Assembly (NCBI GenBank): GCA_000995965.1
Contig: LBYD01000001.1
Location: forward strand, 76,923 to 140,922
Source of the DNA: Candidatus Moranbacteria bacterium GW2011_GWC2_40_12
Lineage (GTDB): Bacteria; Patescibacteriota; Minisyncoccia; Moranbacterales; UBA11712
Reading direction: 5' to 3'
Length of the DNA: 64,000 nucleotides
Shown: piece by piece, positions 8,677 to 18,881 of the stretch
Layout: each line of letters starts with the position of its first letter
How positions within the stretch are numbered: the stretch's first letter is position 1
Made by a program: the position numbers and the translations under genes
The notes under the pieces: model-generated
Database searches by the model: none
What the model saw: the letters and a program-made list of their open reading frames with translations, nothing else
What the model was told of the DNA's origin: nothing

Positions 8677-9111
8677 ATGAAAATAAAATATTCAATGAAA
8701 AGTTTGAAAAAGTTTCTGGCCAACGCTTTTTCCGGGGGAAATCCGGAAAAAATCCTCGAGGATGTCCATTGCGAGCTCACCCGGAGAAATTTCGCGGTTG
8801 AGAGGTATGAGGACGTTTCCGGGATGGGGATTCGGGGCAGTTTGGACATCTACCCATCGGTTCAGGTCAATGTCTATATTCCCTTCACTTCCGCGTGGGA
8901 GCTGCAGGCGCTTCTCTTCTTCGAGGAGGATGACCAGCTCGAATTGGTGAGCCAGGTCCCCGATTTCAAGGAAAAAATCCTTTTGAGGCGCTATTCCCTG
9001 CCAATTAATCCCCGGGAAATCGCCAGAGCTTTGAGCACGGACGCCCTGCTTCTTGGCGCATTGCTGGCAACTATTCTCAAGCGCCAGGAAATTGAGGCAC
9101 GGCATGAATAG
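8677..9111 (+). CDS. Hypothetical protein (coding status uncertain; an equally long ORF exists on the opposite strand)
   Basis: GC-richer divergent intergenic region between two glycosylation genes; acidic/helical composition plausible, no recognisable motif. Confidence 0.3.
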   Translation: MKIKYSMKSLKKFLANAFSGGNPEKILEDVHCELTRRNFAVERYEDVSGMGIRGSLDIYPSVQVNVYIPFTSAWELQALLFFEEDDQLELVSQVPDFKEKILLRRYSLPINPREIARALSTDALLLGALLATILKRQEIEARHE

Positions 9112-9149
9112 GGAGCGGGGCGGAGCGCCATTGGCGTCTTTGCCCCCCA

Positions 9150-9177
9150 ATTTTCAATCAACATTTTTTGCTATAAT
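9150..9177 (+). promoter_or_regulatory. Candidate extended -10 promoter (TGCTATAAT) about 25 nt upstream of the GT2 gene start
   Basis: ttttttGcTATAATcc read from sequence. Confidence 0.35.
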
Positions 9178-9202
9178 CCTGACTTTACGTTAACATAAAT
9201 AC

Positions 9203-10150
9203 ATGAATGAATCCAGTCAGAAACCATATATATCCGTGATTGTTCCGCTTTATGACGAAGAGGGGAATGTGAGAGAATTGCACCAGAAAATAGTCGAAGC
9301 CTGCCGGGGACTTGGCAAGACTCTCGAAATTATTTTCATCGACGATGGAAGCACGGACAAGACGAATGAAATTTGCCGCGCATTGAGCCCCCTGAAGCTC
9401 ATCACCTTTCGAAAAAATTTCGGGCAGACAGCCGCCTTTGACGCGGGGATCAAAAATTCTTCGGGCGAAATCATTATCACAATGGACGGCGATCTTCAGA
9501 ATGATCCGGCGGACATCAAGCTGCTATTGGATAAATTAAGCGAAGGATACGACGTTGTTGCCGGCTGGCGGAAAAATAGGCAGGATTCCTTTATGAAGAA
9601 TCTTGCCTCGCGCGCGGCCAATATTGCCCGAAAATTTCTCATCAACGACGGAATTCATGACAGCGGGTGCAGTCTCAAGGCTTTCAAAAGGGAATGTTTT
9701 GACGATCTGGATTTGTATGGCGAGATGCACCGCTTTATCCCGGCACTCCTCAAGGTGCAGGGGTTCAAAGTGGCGGAAGTTCCAGTCAGCCATCATTCGC
9801 GCAAGAGCGGGGTGACGAAATACAACTGGAAGCGGGGAGTAAAGGGAATCGTTGATATGATCTCGGTCTGGTTCTGGAAAAAATACGCCAATCGGCCTTT
9901 GCATCTTTTTGGAGCGGGGGGTCTTGGGATATTTTTCCTGGGAATTTTGTCGGGAGCGGCGCTGGTCACGGCGCGCGTTTTCTATGCCGTCCCGATGTCG
10001 AACAAAATCTGGCCGCTCATCGCTGTTTTCCTGGTCCTGATGGGAATCCAACTCTTCATTTTCGGTCTTCTGGCTGATATCGCGGTCAAGAATTATTATA
10101 AAACGCAGGGGAAGATGAATTATAAAATAAGAGAGATTATCGAGAATTAA
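9203..10150 (+). CDS. GT2 polyprenyl-phosphate sugar synthase (DPM1/ArnC/GtrB-like) with C-terminal two-TM anchor
   Basis: ISVIVPLYDE, FIDDGSTD, TMDGDLQND (DxD) motifs; C-terminal hydrophobic helices typical of GtrB/ArnC. Confidence 0.8.
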   Translation: MNESSQKPYISVIVPLYDEEGNVRELHQKIVEACRGLGKTLEIIFIDDGSTDKTNEICRALSPLKLITFRKNFGQTAAFDAGIKNSSGEIIITMDGDLQNDPADIKLLLDKLSEGYDVVAGWRKNRQDSFMKNLASRAANIARKFLINDGIHDSGCSLKAFKRECFDDLDLYGEMHRFIPALLKVQGFKVAEVPVSHHSRKSGVTKYNWKRGVKGIVDMISVWFWKKYANRPLHLFGAGGLGIFFLGILSGAALVTARVFYAVPMSNKIWPLIAVFLVLMGIQLFIFGLLADIAVKNYYKTQGKMNYKIREIIEN

Positions 10151-11334
10151 TGAAAATTCTCACCATCGCCGCGACGCCTTTTTTTTCTGACCGGGGCGCT
10201 CATATGCGGATACTTAACGAAGCGAAATATCTCAAAAAATTGGGCGCCGAGGTGCGCCTTTGCGCTTATCATATTGGGGAAAATGTGCCGGGACTTGATA
10301 TCGAGCGTATCAAGGGCCCGAATAGCTACAAAAAAACATCTCCCGGTTTTTCCTGGGGAAAAATATGGCTGGACTGGAAACTCCTTTTTTTGGTTCGGCG
10401 GGAAATTAAAACATTTCAACCCGACGCGATCCACGCGCATCTTTGGGAGGGACTGGCTATCGGATATTTGGCGAAAAAATTGGCTTTTTGCGGAAAAATT
10501 CCGATAGTATTTGATTTGCAGGGGAATATCGATGAGGAATTTCAAAGTTACAGCCGAAAAAAATCAATCGCGCGGAAATTCTTTGTTTGGTTTTCAAAGA
10601 GAGTTATCAATTGGGCCGATAAAATTGTTGTCAGCAGTGAGAATGTCAAACTTCATCGTAGCGGTTTAATCGCTACGATCGTGCGGGATGGGATTGATTT
10701 GGATTTATTTCAAAATCTGCAAGACTTATCTAAAGTAGAATCGGATAAAATCGATAAAATTAAAAAGTGGGCTGGAGATAGTAAATTGCTGGTCTATATC
10801 GGAGGTTTGAGCGATAATAAGGGAGTCGGGGAGCTTTTGGAAGTTTTTGGAAAACTTGGCTTTGAGAAATTCCCCGACGAAAAGTCGGGGAAGGAAAAAG
10901 CCGAGCTTTGGGAAAAGAATAATTGGAAACTTCTATTGGGCGGATTTGGAAGTGACGAGGAAAAATACAAAAAATATATTACTGAAAAAAAACTGGAAAA
11001 ATCCGTGTATTTTGCCGGAAAAATTCCGTATTTTTCTTTGGCGCGCTATCTGGCATTGGCGGACGCTGGAATCGATCCCAAGAGCGGTTCGACCGAATCG
11101 AGCGGAAAGATAGCCAATCTTATGGCGGCGGGACTGCCAATAATTTGCTTCGGCACCAAATTTAATCGGGCGAGATTGGGCGAAAAGGGAATTTATTTGA
11201 AAAATATGAATGAATTGGCCGAAAAAATGAATACTTTTCAGGATACGGGAAAAATAGAATATGACATTGAAAATTTTAGCGAGGAAAAAGAAGCTCGGAA
11301 ATTGCTTGAAATTTTCCTATTACTTGTCAAATGA
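10150..11334 (+). CDS. GT4-family glycosyltransferase
   Basis: GT-B architecture, 394 aa, start overlaps previous stop (ATGA). Confidence 0.65.
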   Translation: MKILTIAATPFFSDRGAHMRILNEAKYLKKLGAEVRLCAYHIGENVPGLDIERIKGPNSYKKTSPGFSWGKIWLDWKLLFLVRREIKTFQPDAIHAHLWEGLAIGYLAKKLAFCGKIPIVFDLQGNIDEEFQSYSRKKSIARKFFVWFSKRVINWADKIVVSSENVKLHRSGLIATIVRDGIDLDLFQNLQDLSKVESDKIDKIKKWAGDSKLLVYIGGLSDNKGVGELLEVFGKLGFEKFPDEKSGKEKAELWEKNNWKLLLGGFGSDEEKYKKYITEKKLEKSVYFAGKIPYFSLARYLALADAGIDPKSGSTESSGKIANLMAAGLPIICFGTKFNRARLGEKGIYLKNMNELAEKMNTFQDTGKIEYDIENFSEEKEARKLLEIFLLLVK

Positions 11335-12518
11335 AAACACTTCTCATAAAAACCGGAAAAGCGCTGAACGCCTTGAAGCAAGAAGGGCTGGTCCGCGGCG
11401 GAAAAAGGGTGGCAAAATCTTTTATAGCGCAATTTGGCCGGGTGCGGCCGGGGGATATTTTGTTTGTGACGCCGGGAGTGGGAGACAGCGCGATGTTTCG
11501 AGCGCATAACCAGGCTGAAGAGATGCGCCTTCATGAGTTCAAATGCAGTGTGACGATTCAGGATAATCCTTTTTTGCCGCGCTACGCGGATAAATTCAAA
11601 ATTTTCATTTTCCATCGGCCGGTTTGGACGAAAAATGTCGCAAAACTTTTTGAAAACGCCAAAAAACTTGGAAAGGAAATTATTTTCGAAACAGACGACC
11701 TGGTTTTCGACCCGAAACATGTTCAGGCGACGGAGCATTACAAAAAAATGAATATTTTTGAGCGTAAGCAATATGAAAAGGGAGCAGGAGAGGAGATCCT
11801 GAGGGATACGTATGTCAAGGCCTGCGCGACAACAACAAGCTTTCTCGCGAAAATTTTGGAAAAATACGGCAAAAAAGTCTTCATCTCGAAAAATAAGCTG
11901 TCGCTCAAAGATCTTGAAATCGCAGAAAATCTCTTGACGAAGGCTAAGCCTTCGTCAGATAATATTGGCTTGAGAATAGGATATTTTTCCGGAACCAAAG
12001 GGCATGATAAGAATTTTGCGACGATAGAAAATGCCCTGGTCAGGATTCTCGAAAAATACCCCGATATAAAATTATTTTTAGCCGGTCCGCTCAACATCAG
12101 TGAAAAATTCGGGAAGTTTCAAAGCCGGATCGAAAAATTTCCATTTGCGTTGCGCGAGGAGCACTTCAAAAATATCTCTGGAGTTGATATCAACATTATT
12201 CCTCTGGAAAAAAACAATGATTTTTGTGAGGCGAAATCGGAACTCAAATTTTTTGAAGCTGGGATTTTGGGAGTGCCCTCGGTGGCGGTAGACAATCAGA
12301 CTTATCGAGACGCGATTGATGATGGCGTTGACAGCTTTTTGGCCGGGAGTGAAAATGAGTGGGAAGAAAAAATTGAAAGGCTGATAGTTGACGGAGATCT
12401 TCGAAAAAATATGGGAAAAGAAGCGAGAGAAAAAACTATCCGCGAATATACGACAAAAAATAGCCACAGCAGCGAATATTATGATTATCTGCGGCTGAAA
12501 TTGAAAATGCAAAAGTAA
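11331..12518 (+). CDS. GT4-like (RfaG-like) glycosyltransferase
   Basis: GT-B fold C-terminal domain (GTKGHDKNF ... FLAGPL ... E.K..FFEAGI); 4-bp overlap with upstream gene. Confidence 0.6.
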   Translation: MKTLLIKTGKALNALKQEGLVRGGKRVAKSFIAQFGRVRPGDILFVTPGVGDSAMFRAHNQAEEMRLHEFKCSVTIQDNPFLPRYADKFKIFIFHRPVWTKNVAKLFENAKKLGKEIIFETDDLVFDPKHVQATEHYKKMNIFERKQYEKGAGEEILRDTYVKACATTTSFLAKILEKYGKKVFISKNKLSLKDLEIAENLLTKAKPSSDNIGLRIGYFSGTKGHDKNFATIENALVRILEKYPDIKLFLAGPLNISEKFGKFQSRIEKFPFALREEHFKNISGVDINIIPLEKNNDFCEAKSELKFFEAGILGVPSVAVDNQTYRDAIDDGVDSFLAGSENEWEEKIERLIVDGDLRKNMGKEAREKTIREYTTKNSHSSEYYDYLRLKLKMQK

Positions 12519-12610
12519 AAATTGTTATTTTTCGAATAGTCTGTCTTCGCACGAATGTGCGGACAAACGCGATACCTGCTTAATCGCCTTACACTTTTCA
12601 GATCAGATTT

Positions 12611-13606
12611 ATGGAAAATACCGCCATTGTCATTGTCAACTGGAACGGAAAGAAGTATCTCAAGGACTGCTTCGATTCGCTCCAAAAACAAACCTATGAA
12701 AATTTCAGGGTTATTTTTGTGGACAACGGGTCAACAGACGATTCAGTCAATTTTGTAAAAAATAACTACTTGGAAACTAAGTTTCCAAGTGTAAAAATAG
12801 TTCGATTAGAAAGGAATACCGGTTTCTGTTTTGGATATAACGTGGGCATCAAGTCGGCGCTTGAAGATCCTAAGATAAAATACGTAATTGTTCTCAATAA
12901 TGACACCAGACTGGATGAAAAATACGTCGAAGAATTGGCAAGATGCGCGAAAAAATATCCGGGTACAGGTTCCGTCCAGCCGAAAGTTTTGAATTTTTTT
13001 GAAAGGGAAAAAATTGATTGCGCCGGAATTTATATCACTCGCGACGGGACGGCCCATAACAGGGGATACGGAAGAGATGCAAGAAGATATAGTGAAGAAA
13101 AAGAAATTTTCGGCGCGAACGGGACAGCCTCGCTTTTTACCCGGGAGGCGCTTGAGAAAACAGCCCTTCTGGAGCATAATTATTTCGACAATGACCATTT
13201 TGTTTTCTATGAAGACGTGGATCTGGCCTGGCGGATGAAAAACGCGGGATTTAAGTCGTATTTTTGCCCGCAGGCGGTCGTATATCACGTCCACAGCGGA
13301 ACTGCCGGAAAAGGTTCGCTGATGAAAGCATATTATCTCCACCGAAACTATTTCTTCACTGTCATAAAAAATTATCCTTTTGGAAAAATGGCAAAAACGT
13401 TTTTTTGGCGATTTTTCAGCTATCTGAAGCTGGTCGCGAATATATTCAATAAAAAGAAACGGGAGACGGAATTCGTAAAAGGGCGGAGCAAAGCTGAAGT
13501 CGCCCTTGTGATTCTCAAGGCATGGGGGAGCGTCTTATGCAATTTATCGAGAATGATGAGAAAAAGAATGTTTATCAGAAAAAAGATTCATGAAAATCAA
13601 ATTTGA
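12611..13606 (+). CDS. GT2 glycosyltransferase (rhamnosyltransferase-like)
   Basis: AIVIVNWNG, FVDNGSTDDS, DxD region. Confidence 0.75.
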   Translation: MENTAIVIVNWNGKKYLKDCFDSLQKQTYENFRVIFVDNGSTDDSVNFVKNNYLETKFPSVKIVRLERNTGFCFGYNVGIKSALEDPKIKYVIVLNNDTRLDEKYVEELARCAKKYPGTGSVQPKVLNFFEREKIDCAGIYITRDGTAHNRGYGRDARRYSEEKEIFGANGTASLFTREALEKTALLEHNYFDNDHFVFYEDVDLAWRMKNAGFKSYFCPQAVVYHVHSGTAGKGSLMKAYYLHRNYFFTVIKNYPFGKMAKTFFWRFFSYLKLVANIFNKKKRETEFVKGRSKAEVALVILKAWGSVLCNLSRMMRKRMFIRKKIHENQI

Positions 13607-15248
13607 CTGGAAAATAGTTTTGTTTTCGCTTGTCATCGCCCTCGCAATTTTTCTTCGCGTTTGGCATTTTTCGGACTGGCTTTTTTTCAAAATGGACCAG
13701 GCGCGGGATGCGTCAATTATAAAACAGGCCTTTGAGCTGGGCCCTGGCTGGCTTCCGCTTCTCGGTCCCAAAGCCGGCGGAACGGACCTGAACCTCGGGC
13801 CGGCCTTTTACTATTTCCAATATTTGGCGGCATCGCTTTTCCAAAGCGTCCATCCGGCAGTGCTGGCTTTTCCTGACCTCTTATTCGGAATACTTTCCAT
13901 ACCGCTTTTCTTCATATTTGCCAAAAAATATTTTTCCCGAAACTGGTCAATGATTCTGGCAAGCCTTTTTGCCGTTTCCTTTCTGGGAATCCAATATTCG
14001 CGTTTTTCCTGGAATCCAAACGGGCTCGTATTTTTCAATCTTCTGTTTTTTCTGTCGCTTCTAAATGTATTTGATAAAAATATAAAATACCATCTTCGCT
14101 GGGTGATTCTCGCCGGGATTTCCTTTGCAGTTTCGACCCAGCTTCACTTCCTTTCTTTTCTTACTTTGCCGGTGATTGCGGCGATATTTATAATATTCAA
14201 TTGGAAAGAGTCGAGAAAGGCGCTAAATTGGAGATACGTACTCTTTTTTTTGGCTATCATTCTTCTTATATATCTGCCGGTGATTCTGAATGAAATTGTT
14301 TCCAAGGGGGAAAATACCCATCAATTCATGTTGGCGCTCAAAGAAAAGCCGTCGGAGCACAGTTTTTGGAAAAACATAAAACGAGATATCCGCTATTGGG
14401 GTCAGAATTGGTTTTTGATTCTCACCAGTTGGATCAGCCGCAAGGGCGGAATAAACGGCGCGATTTTGTCATGGCTCGGCGCGATTTTTCCGGCCATTTA
14501 TCTCGGATACAAATCTTTTCGACGGGAGGAAAACGCCGTAAAGAAGAATTTTGTGCTGATTTCGCTTCTCTGGTTTTCTATATATTTTCTCGCTTATATC
14601 CCGATTGCCTATCAAATCCGGCCAAGATTTTTCCTGCCGCTTCTGGTGCTGCCTTTTATTTTCATCGGATATTTGGCGGTGTTTTTTTGGGAAAAAAAGC
14701 ATAAATTTTGGAAAATTTGCGTCTCTGCGGCCATTCTTTTGATTTTTTTGGGGAATTTGACCGGGACCTATTTTTGGTTTGAGGAAATAAGATCAGCCCA
14801 AAAAAAGGGGACTTACCCTTGGCGGACAATCATTCTAAAGGCCAAGGACGGAGTTGTGCTTTGGCACTTGGAGAAGGCGGCAAATTATATGAAAGAAAAT
14901 TGCCAGGCGAAGATAATATATTTTGACGCCCCTTCCGAATATAAAAGGCCGGTAAAATATTTGTTGAATCTGCGGGGAACAGAAGCCGCTTCGATTGAGA
15001 ATCTCAAAACAGGAGAACAAAAACAGTGTGTTTTCTCTTTGGGATTAACTCGGGCGAAAAAATTGTCCACGAGAGAGAAACTGGAAGCCGAATTCGATGT
15101 TGGCGAACAGCAAAAAATCGGCGCGCTGAGTGTCTATAAGCTTTCCCTCAAAGAAAATATTTCAGGCCAAACCTTGCCGTCTTACAAAGCAGGTGCGGAA
15201 GAGAATGAGAAATCGAATCGTATTTTTTGGAAAGATTTGTGGAAATAA
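13590..15248 (+). CDS. GT-C membrane glycosyltransferase (GT39/ArnT/PMT-like, 4-amino-4-deoxy-L-arabinose transferase-like family)
   Basis: N-terminal TM then loop motif FFKMDQARD (DE-containing first loop typical of GT-C), 11-13 TM helices, C-terminal soluble domain. Confidence 0.6.
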   Translation: MKIKFDWKIVLFSLVIALAIFLRVWHFSDWLFFKMDQARDASIIKQAFELGPGWLPLLGPKAGGTDLNLGPAFYYFQYLAASLFQSVHPAVLAFPDLLFGILSIPLFFIFAKKYFSRNWSMILASLFAVSFLGIQYSRFSWNPNGLVFFNLLFFLSLLNVFDKNIKYHLRWVILAGISFAVSTQLHFLSFLTLPVIAAIFIIFNWKESRKALNWRYVLFFLAIILLIYLPVILNEIVSKGENTHQFMLALKEKPSEHSFWKNIKRDIRYWGQNWFLILTSWISRKGGINGAILSWLGAIFPAIYLGYKSFRREENAVKKNFVLISLLWFSIYFLAYIPIAYQIRPRFFLPLLVLPFIFIGYLAVFFWEKKHKFWKICVSAAILLIFLGNLTGTYFWFEEIRSAQKKGTYPWRTIILKAKDGVVLWHLEKAANYMKENCQAKIIYFDAPSEYKRPVKYLLNLRGTEAASIENLKTGEQKQCVFSLGLTRAKKLSTREKLEAEFDVGEQQKIGALSVYKLSLKENISGQTLPSYKAGAEENEKSNRIFWKDLWK

Positions 15249-15314
15249 AACGGATTTTGATGTAAAATTAATCAGCCTGGATTCAAGTCTGGAAATTTTG
15301 AATTCTTGTTTTTT

Positions 15315-16043
15315 ATGAAAAATAAAGCAATTTCAGTTGTCATTCCCTGTTACAACGAGGAAAAGACAATCCAAAAAAATTTGTTGAAGGTTCACAATTA
15401 TCTCAAGGACCGTTTTGGGGTTTTCGAGATAATTGTCGTAAACGATGGCAGCAATGACGGGACGCTCAAGGAAATAAAAAAAATGGAGGACGATCTGCAT
15501 CTTCGCATAATTGATAATCAGGAAAATAAAGGAAAAGGCAAAGTTGTCAAGCAGGGGATTTTGGAGAGTTCCTGTGATCTTGTTATGTTTTTGGATGCTG
15601 ATCTGGGAATTCCCATAGAAGAGCTTCAAAAGTTTGTGCCTGAATTTGATCGCGGATATGATATCATTATTGCCTCAAGATTTGTTCCCGGTCTTCGCGT
15701 CATAAGGCCGGTTCTTTGGCACCGGCAGACCATGGAAAAAATTTTTCGTTTGCTCCGGTTGGCGATAATATGTGACCGGAACGTCAAGGATACGCAGTGC
15801 GGATTCAAGGTTTTTCAGAGGAAGGCAGCTATGGATATTTTTTCCCGAGTGACGGTCGGAAGGTTTGCTTTTGACGCAGAGGTAATCTTCATTGCCAATA
15901 AATTGAAATATAAAATCAAAGAGCTTCCTATTTCGCTTCAAAATCCGCCTAACAGCCATATCAGACTTTTTCGCGATCCCCTGAATATGGCGCTGGACCT
16001 GCTCAAAATCCGCTTGAATGCCTGGAGGGGAAAATACAAATAA
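15315..16043 (+). CDS. GT2 polyprenyl-phosphate sugar synthase (dolichyl-phosphate mannose synthase-like)
   Basis: ISVVIPCYNEE, VVNDGSNDGT, FLDADL (DxD), QCGFKVF. Confidence 0.75.
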   Translation: MKNKAISVVIPCYNEEKTIQKNLLKVHNYLKDRFGVFEIIVVNDGSNDGTLKEIKKMEDDLHLRIIDNQENKGKGKVVKQGILESSCDLVMFLDADLGIPIEELQKFVPEFDRGYDIIIASRFVPGLRVIRPVLWHRQTMEKIFRLLRLAIICDRNVKDTQCGFKVFQRKAAMDIFSRVTVGRFAFDAEVIFIANKLKYKIKELPISLQNPPNSHIRLFRDPLNMALDLLKIRLNAWRGKYK

Positions 16044-18281
16044 ATGACGAAGGGAAAAAATCAAATGAAAAAACTCTGGAGCAACGAAAAAATCAGAATT
16101 ATTTTCTTCTACGCGCTTTTGACGGTAATTTTAACCTGGCCCTTTGCCTGGAATTTTTTCTCTTCTGTTCCGAGTCTTGGATCTGATACGATGCAGGTGA
16201 TCGGTGTAGCCGGGGAAAGAATGAATGTTCTCAAAGATCTGGGTGTTTTCAAAGGATCTGTTGAGCTTATGAAGCGATCGGAATTCAATATAGTCACTCT
16301 TTATGCCTTTTTTCAGCTCATTTTCGGCCGGATTGCCGGATATAATCTACTATTTTTCGCATCGTTTGTCCTTTCTGGTTTTGGAATGTATCTTCTTGCC
16401 TATTATTTCACCAAAAGCAAGCCGGCCTCGCTCATTGCCGGAATTATTTTCGCTTTTTTGCCGTTCCATGTCCACAATTCTTTGAGCACCAATGTTGGAA
16501 CAATGCATCAGGAGTGGCTGCCGTTTTTTGCGTTGTATCTTTTCCGGTTTTTCGATAATCTCAAGGCGAAAAACTTTCTATTGGCCGGTCTTTTTCTGGG
16601 ACTGATTGCCTTTACCGAACACCAACTTTTTGCTTTCACACTTATTTTTGTGTCTTTTTTTGTCGTATTCAAAATTTTCACCCAGCCGAGGATATTTCTC
16701 AAAAGAAAATTCTGGCTGTATGCAGTTGTCAGTTTCGTGGTCCTTTCGGCTGTTTCTCTTTTTATGTTCCGTTCACTTTTTGAGATCGCTTTTTCGGGCA
16801 ATAACTATCTTGATCCCGGATTCAAAGCGGCCGTGAAATATTCAAATGACGCCCTGAGTGTTTTCGTTCCGCCGAATTTCCATTCCTTTTGGCCCGGAGC
16901 CTTTTCGGGCTTGCGGGAAACATTCGAGCGGCGGACAGACAGCTCATTTTCGGCTTATGTCGGATTTCTGGTTCTTCTCTTGTCTGCCGCCGCATTTTTC
17001 AGGGACAGAGTATCCAAGAAATGGTTTTGGCTGGCGGTGGCAATCGGTTTTTATGTCCTTTCGCTCGGTCCGCATCTGCATTTCAAAGGAGAACTAGACC
17101 CGCCAGTCAAAATGCCATATCTTCTCGCCTATGAATATCTGCCGTTTTTCAACAACATTCGGACAGTTGGCAGATTGTTTGTGTTTTCGGCAGTGGCATT
17201 TTCGGTTTTGGCGGCGTGGGGAAGCGCGTATGTGATATTAAAAATAAGAAATAAAAGGGAAGAAATAAAAAATGAATTATTAAACGGCGATATCTCAAAA
17301 AGCGAACAAGTCGATATTTTTGGATCTAATCGCGGGCAAAAAATTTTATTTTTTGCGGTCAGCGCAGTTATCATTCTTGAATTTCTCGCAATTCCTGTCA
17401 AAACAAACTCACTCTTGCACTCCTCATTTTATGAAAAACTCGGCCAGGAAAAAGAAGATTATAACATTCTGGAGGTTCCCGGGAGCACGGATTATGACTT
17501 TGCCTCGCGCGATTTGGTTTGGAAGAGCATCCATCGAAAAAACACTATCAATGGTTATGATTTTGCCCGGGTGATTGACGATCACTACACATTTCAACGC
17601 GGAACCCCTGTCATTCGGACGCTGCTTTATGATATTCCGGAAGGGAACGAGAAACAAAATGACCGTGACATCATGAAGGATTCATATTACAAAATTTCAA
17701 ATGAAATCTTGAATTATTATAATATCCGATACGTTGTCTTGGACAAAGAGGGCCTCAAGGGAAATCCGGAAAAGGGAGACGCGGACCAGTTTTATTCCGC
17801 AAGGGCATACGCGCAAAATGTCTTGAAATGCAAAAGTGAATTCGAGGATGACTTTTTATTCGCTTGCGAGGTGAGCCGGGACGCCGCACCAAGGCATATG
17901 TTTGTGGCAATGGACTATTCCAACAAGCATTGGGTTGGAAAAGACAAAGGAAAAGACGGAATCCGGCGCTGGGCCGAGTCCGGTGCGGGAGTGAAAATTG
18001 TGAACATGTCGCCGGAGCCCCAAGAGGGAAAATTTAATTTTAAAGTAAAACTATATAAGCCGATACGGGTGATTGCGCTTCTGAACGGCGCGCCTGTTTT
18101 CGACAAATATATCACTCAATTTTCTGAAAAAACATACGTATCGGTTGATATTTCCGGCATAAAGTCCGGAGAAAATGAAATTATTTTTGAAGTCCGCGCC
18201 GCAAACGGTTTGGAAATTCGCTCTGAAAAAAAGTCAGACGTAGCGACGATATATGACGTGGAAGTGGAAGCGAAGAAATAG
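16044..18281 (+). CDS. Large polytopic membrane protein with C-terminal extracytoplasmic domain (putative GT-C/YfhO-like glycosyltransferase)
   Basis: 745 aa, about 12 TM helices in first 420 aa then soluble domain; immediately downstream of Dpm1-like GT2. No exact family assignable without a search. Confidence 0.45.
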   Translation: MTKGKNQMKKLWSNEKIRIIFFYALLTVILTWPFAWNFFSSVPSLGSDTMQVIGVAGERMNVLKDLGVFKGSVELMKRSEFNIVTLYAFFQLIFGRIAGYNLLFFASFVLSGFGMYLLAYYFTKSKPASLIAGIIFAFLPFHVHNSLSTNVGTMHQEWLPFFALYLFRFFDNLKAKNFLLAGLFLGLIAFTEHQLFAFTLIFVSFFVVFKIFTQPRIFLKRKFWLYAVVSFVVLSAVSLFMFRSLFEIAFSGNNYLDPGFKAAVKYSNDALSVFVPPNFHSFWPGAFSGLRETFERRTDSSFSAYVGFLVLLLSAAAFFRDRVSKKWFWLAVAIGFYVLSLGPHLHFKGELDPPVKMPYLLAYEYLPFFNNIRTVGRLFVFSAVAFSVLAAWGSAYVILKIRNKREEIKNELLNGDISKSEQVDIFGSNRGQKILFFAVSAVIILEFLAIPVKTNSLLHSSFYEKLGQEKEDYNILEVPGSTDYDFASRDLVWKSIHRKNTINGYDFARVIDDHYTFQRGTPVIRTLLYDIPEGNEKQNDRDIMKDSYYKISNEILNYYNIRYVVLDKEGLKGNPEKGDADQFYSARAYAQNVLKCKSEFEDDFLFACEVSRDAAPRHMFVAMDYSNKHWVGKDKGKDGIRRWAESGAGVKIVNMSPEPQEGKFNFKVKLYKPIRVIALLNGAPVFDKYITQFSEKTYVSVDISGIKSGENEIIFEVRAANGLEIRSEKKSDVATIYDVEVEAKK

Positions 18282-18317
18282 CTTGAAAATTGGGTGAGAA
18301 AATGCTATACTTTATTC

Positions 18318-18863
18318 ATGCAAAAGCGCTTGTTTGTTGCAATAAGCCTTCCCGAGGATATAAGAAAGCGCCTGTTTCGGTTTGCCGAAAAAGAATACAA
18401 AAACTTGCCCGTAAAGTGGATCCGGCAGGAAAATATTCATCTGACGCTGAACTTTTTGGGATACATCCTGGATGAAAATGTCTTGGATATCTGCCAGTCC
18501 GTTCAAAATGCCGCTGAAAATATCAACTCTTTTGAGATGCGATTTACTGGCGCAGAATTGGGGCCAAACAGCAAGTCAAAAAAAATGATCTGGGTAACGG
18601 GAGAGAAAAGCAGAGAACTTTCGAAGCTCAAAAATGAATTGGACAAGTCATTGGGATTTTTCGAGAGAGAAATGAAAGATTTCAAGCCTCATATTACGAT
18701 TGGAAGAGTCCGGAAAAAGGAGTGGAAAAAAATCCATCCCGAGCCTTCGGTGGACAGGAACTTCAGGTTTTCAATTCCGGTTTCATCGGTTGAAATTTTT
18801 GAAAGCAGATTTGAAAAGGGAAAAAGAGTTTATTATAAATTGGAATCGTTTTCGCTAAGGTGA
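18318..18863 (+). CDS. thpR: RNA 2',3'-cyclic phosphodiesterase (2H phosphoesterase, LigT/ThpR family)
   Basis: Two H-x-T/S-x motifs: HLTLNFLG and HITIGR; about 180 aa. Confidence 0.75.
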   Translation: MQKRLFVAISLPEDIRKRLFRFAEKEYKNLPVKWIRQENIHLTLNFLGYILDENVLDICQSVQNAAENINSFEMRFTGAELGPNSKSKKMIWVTGEKSRELSKLKNELDKSLGFFEREMKDFKPHITIGRVRKKEWKKIHPEPSVDRNFRFSIPVSSVEIFESRFEKGKRVYYKLESFSLR

Positions 18864-18881
18864 AAATGCGAATTATCCCGA

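Noticed and set aside
8692-9150. Minus-strand 152-aa ORF overlapping the plus-strand hypothetical gene
   Set aside because: Only one strand can reasonably be coding. The plus-strand ORF matches the orientation of the downstream GT2 gene and was listed at low confidence. The minus ORF is kept only as an alternative in the finding.
12519-12610. Hairpin CGCACgaatGTGCG after GT4 11331..12518 as a terminator
   Set aside because: No downstream T-run on either strand. Probably not an intrinsic terminator.
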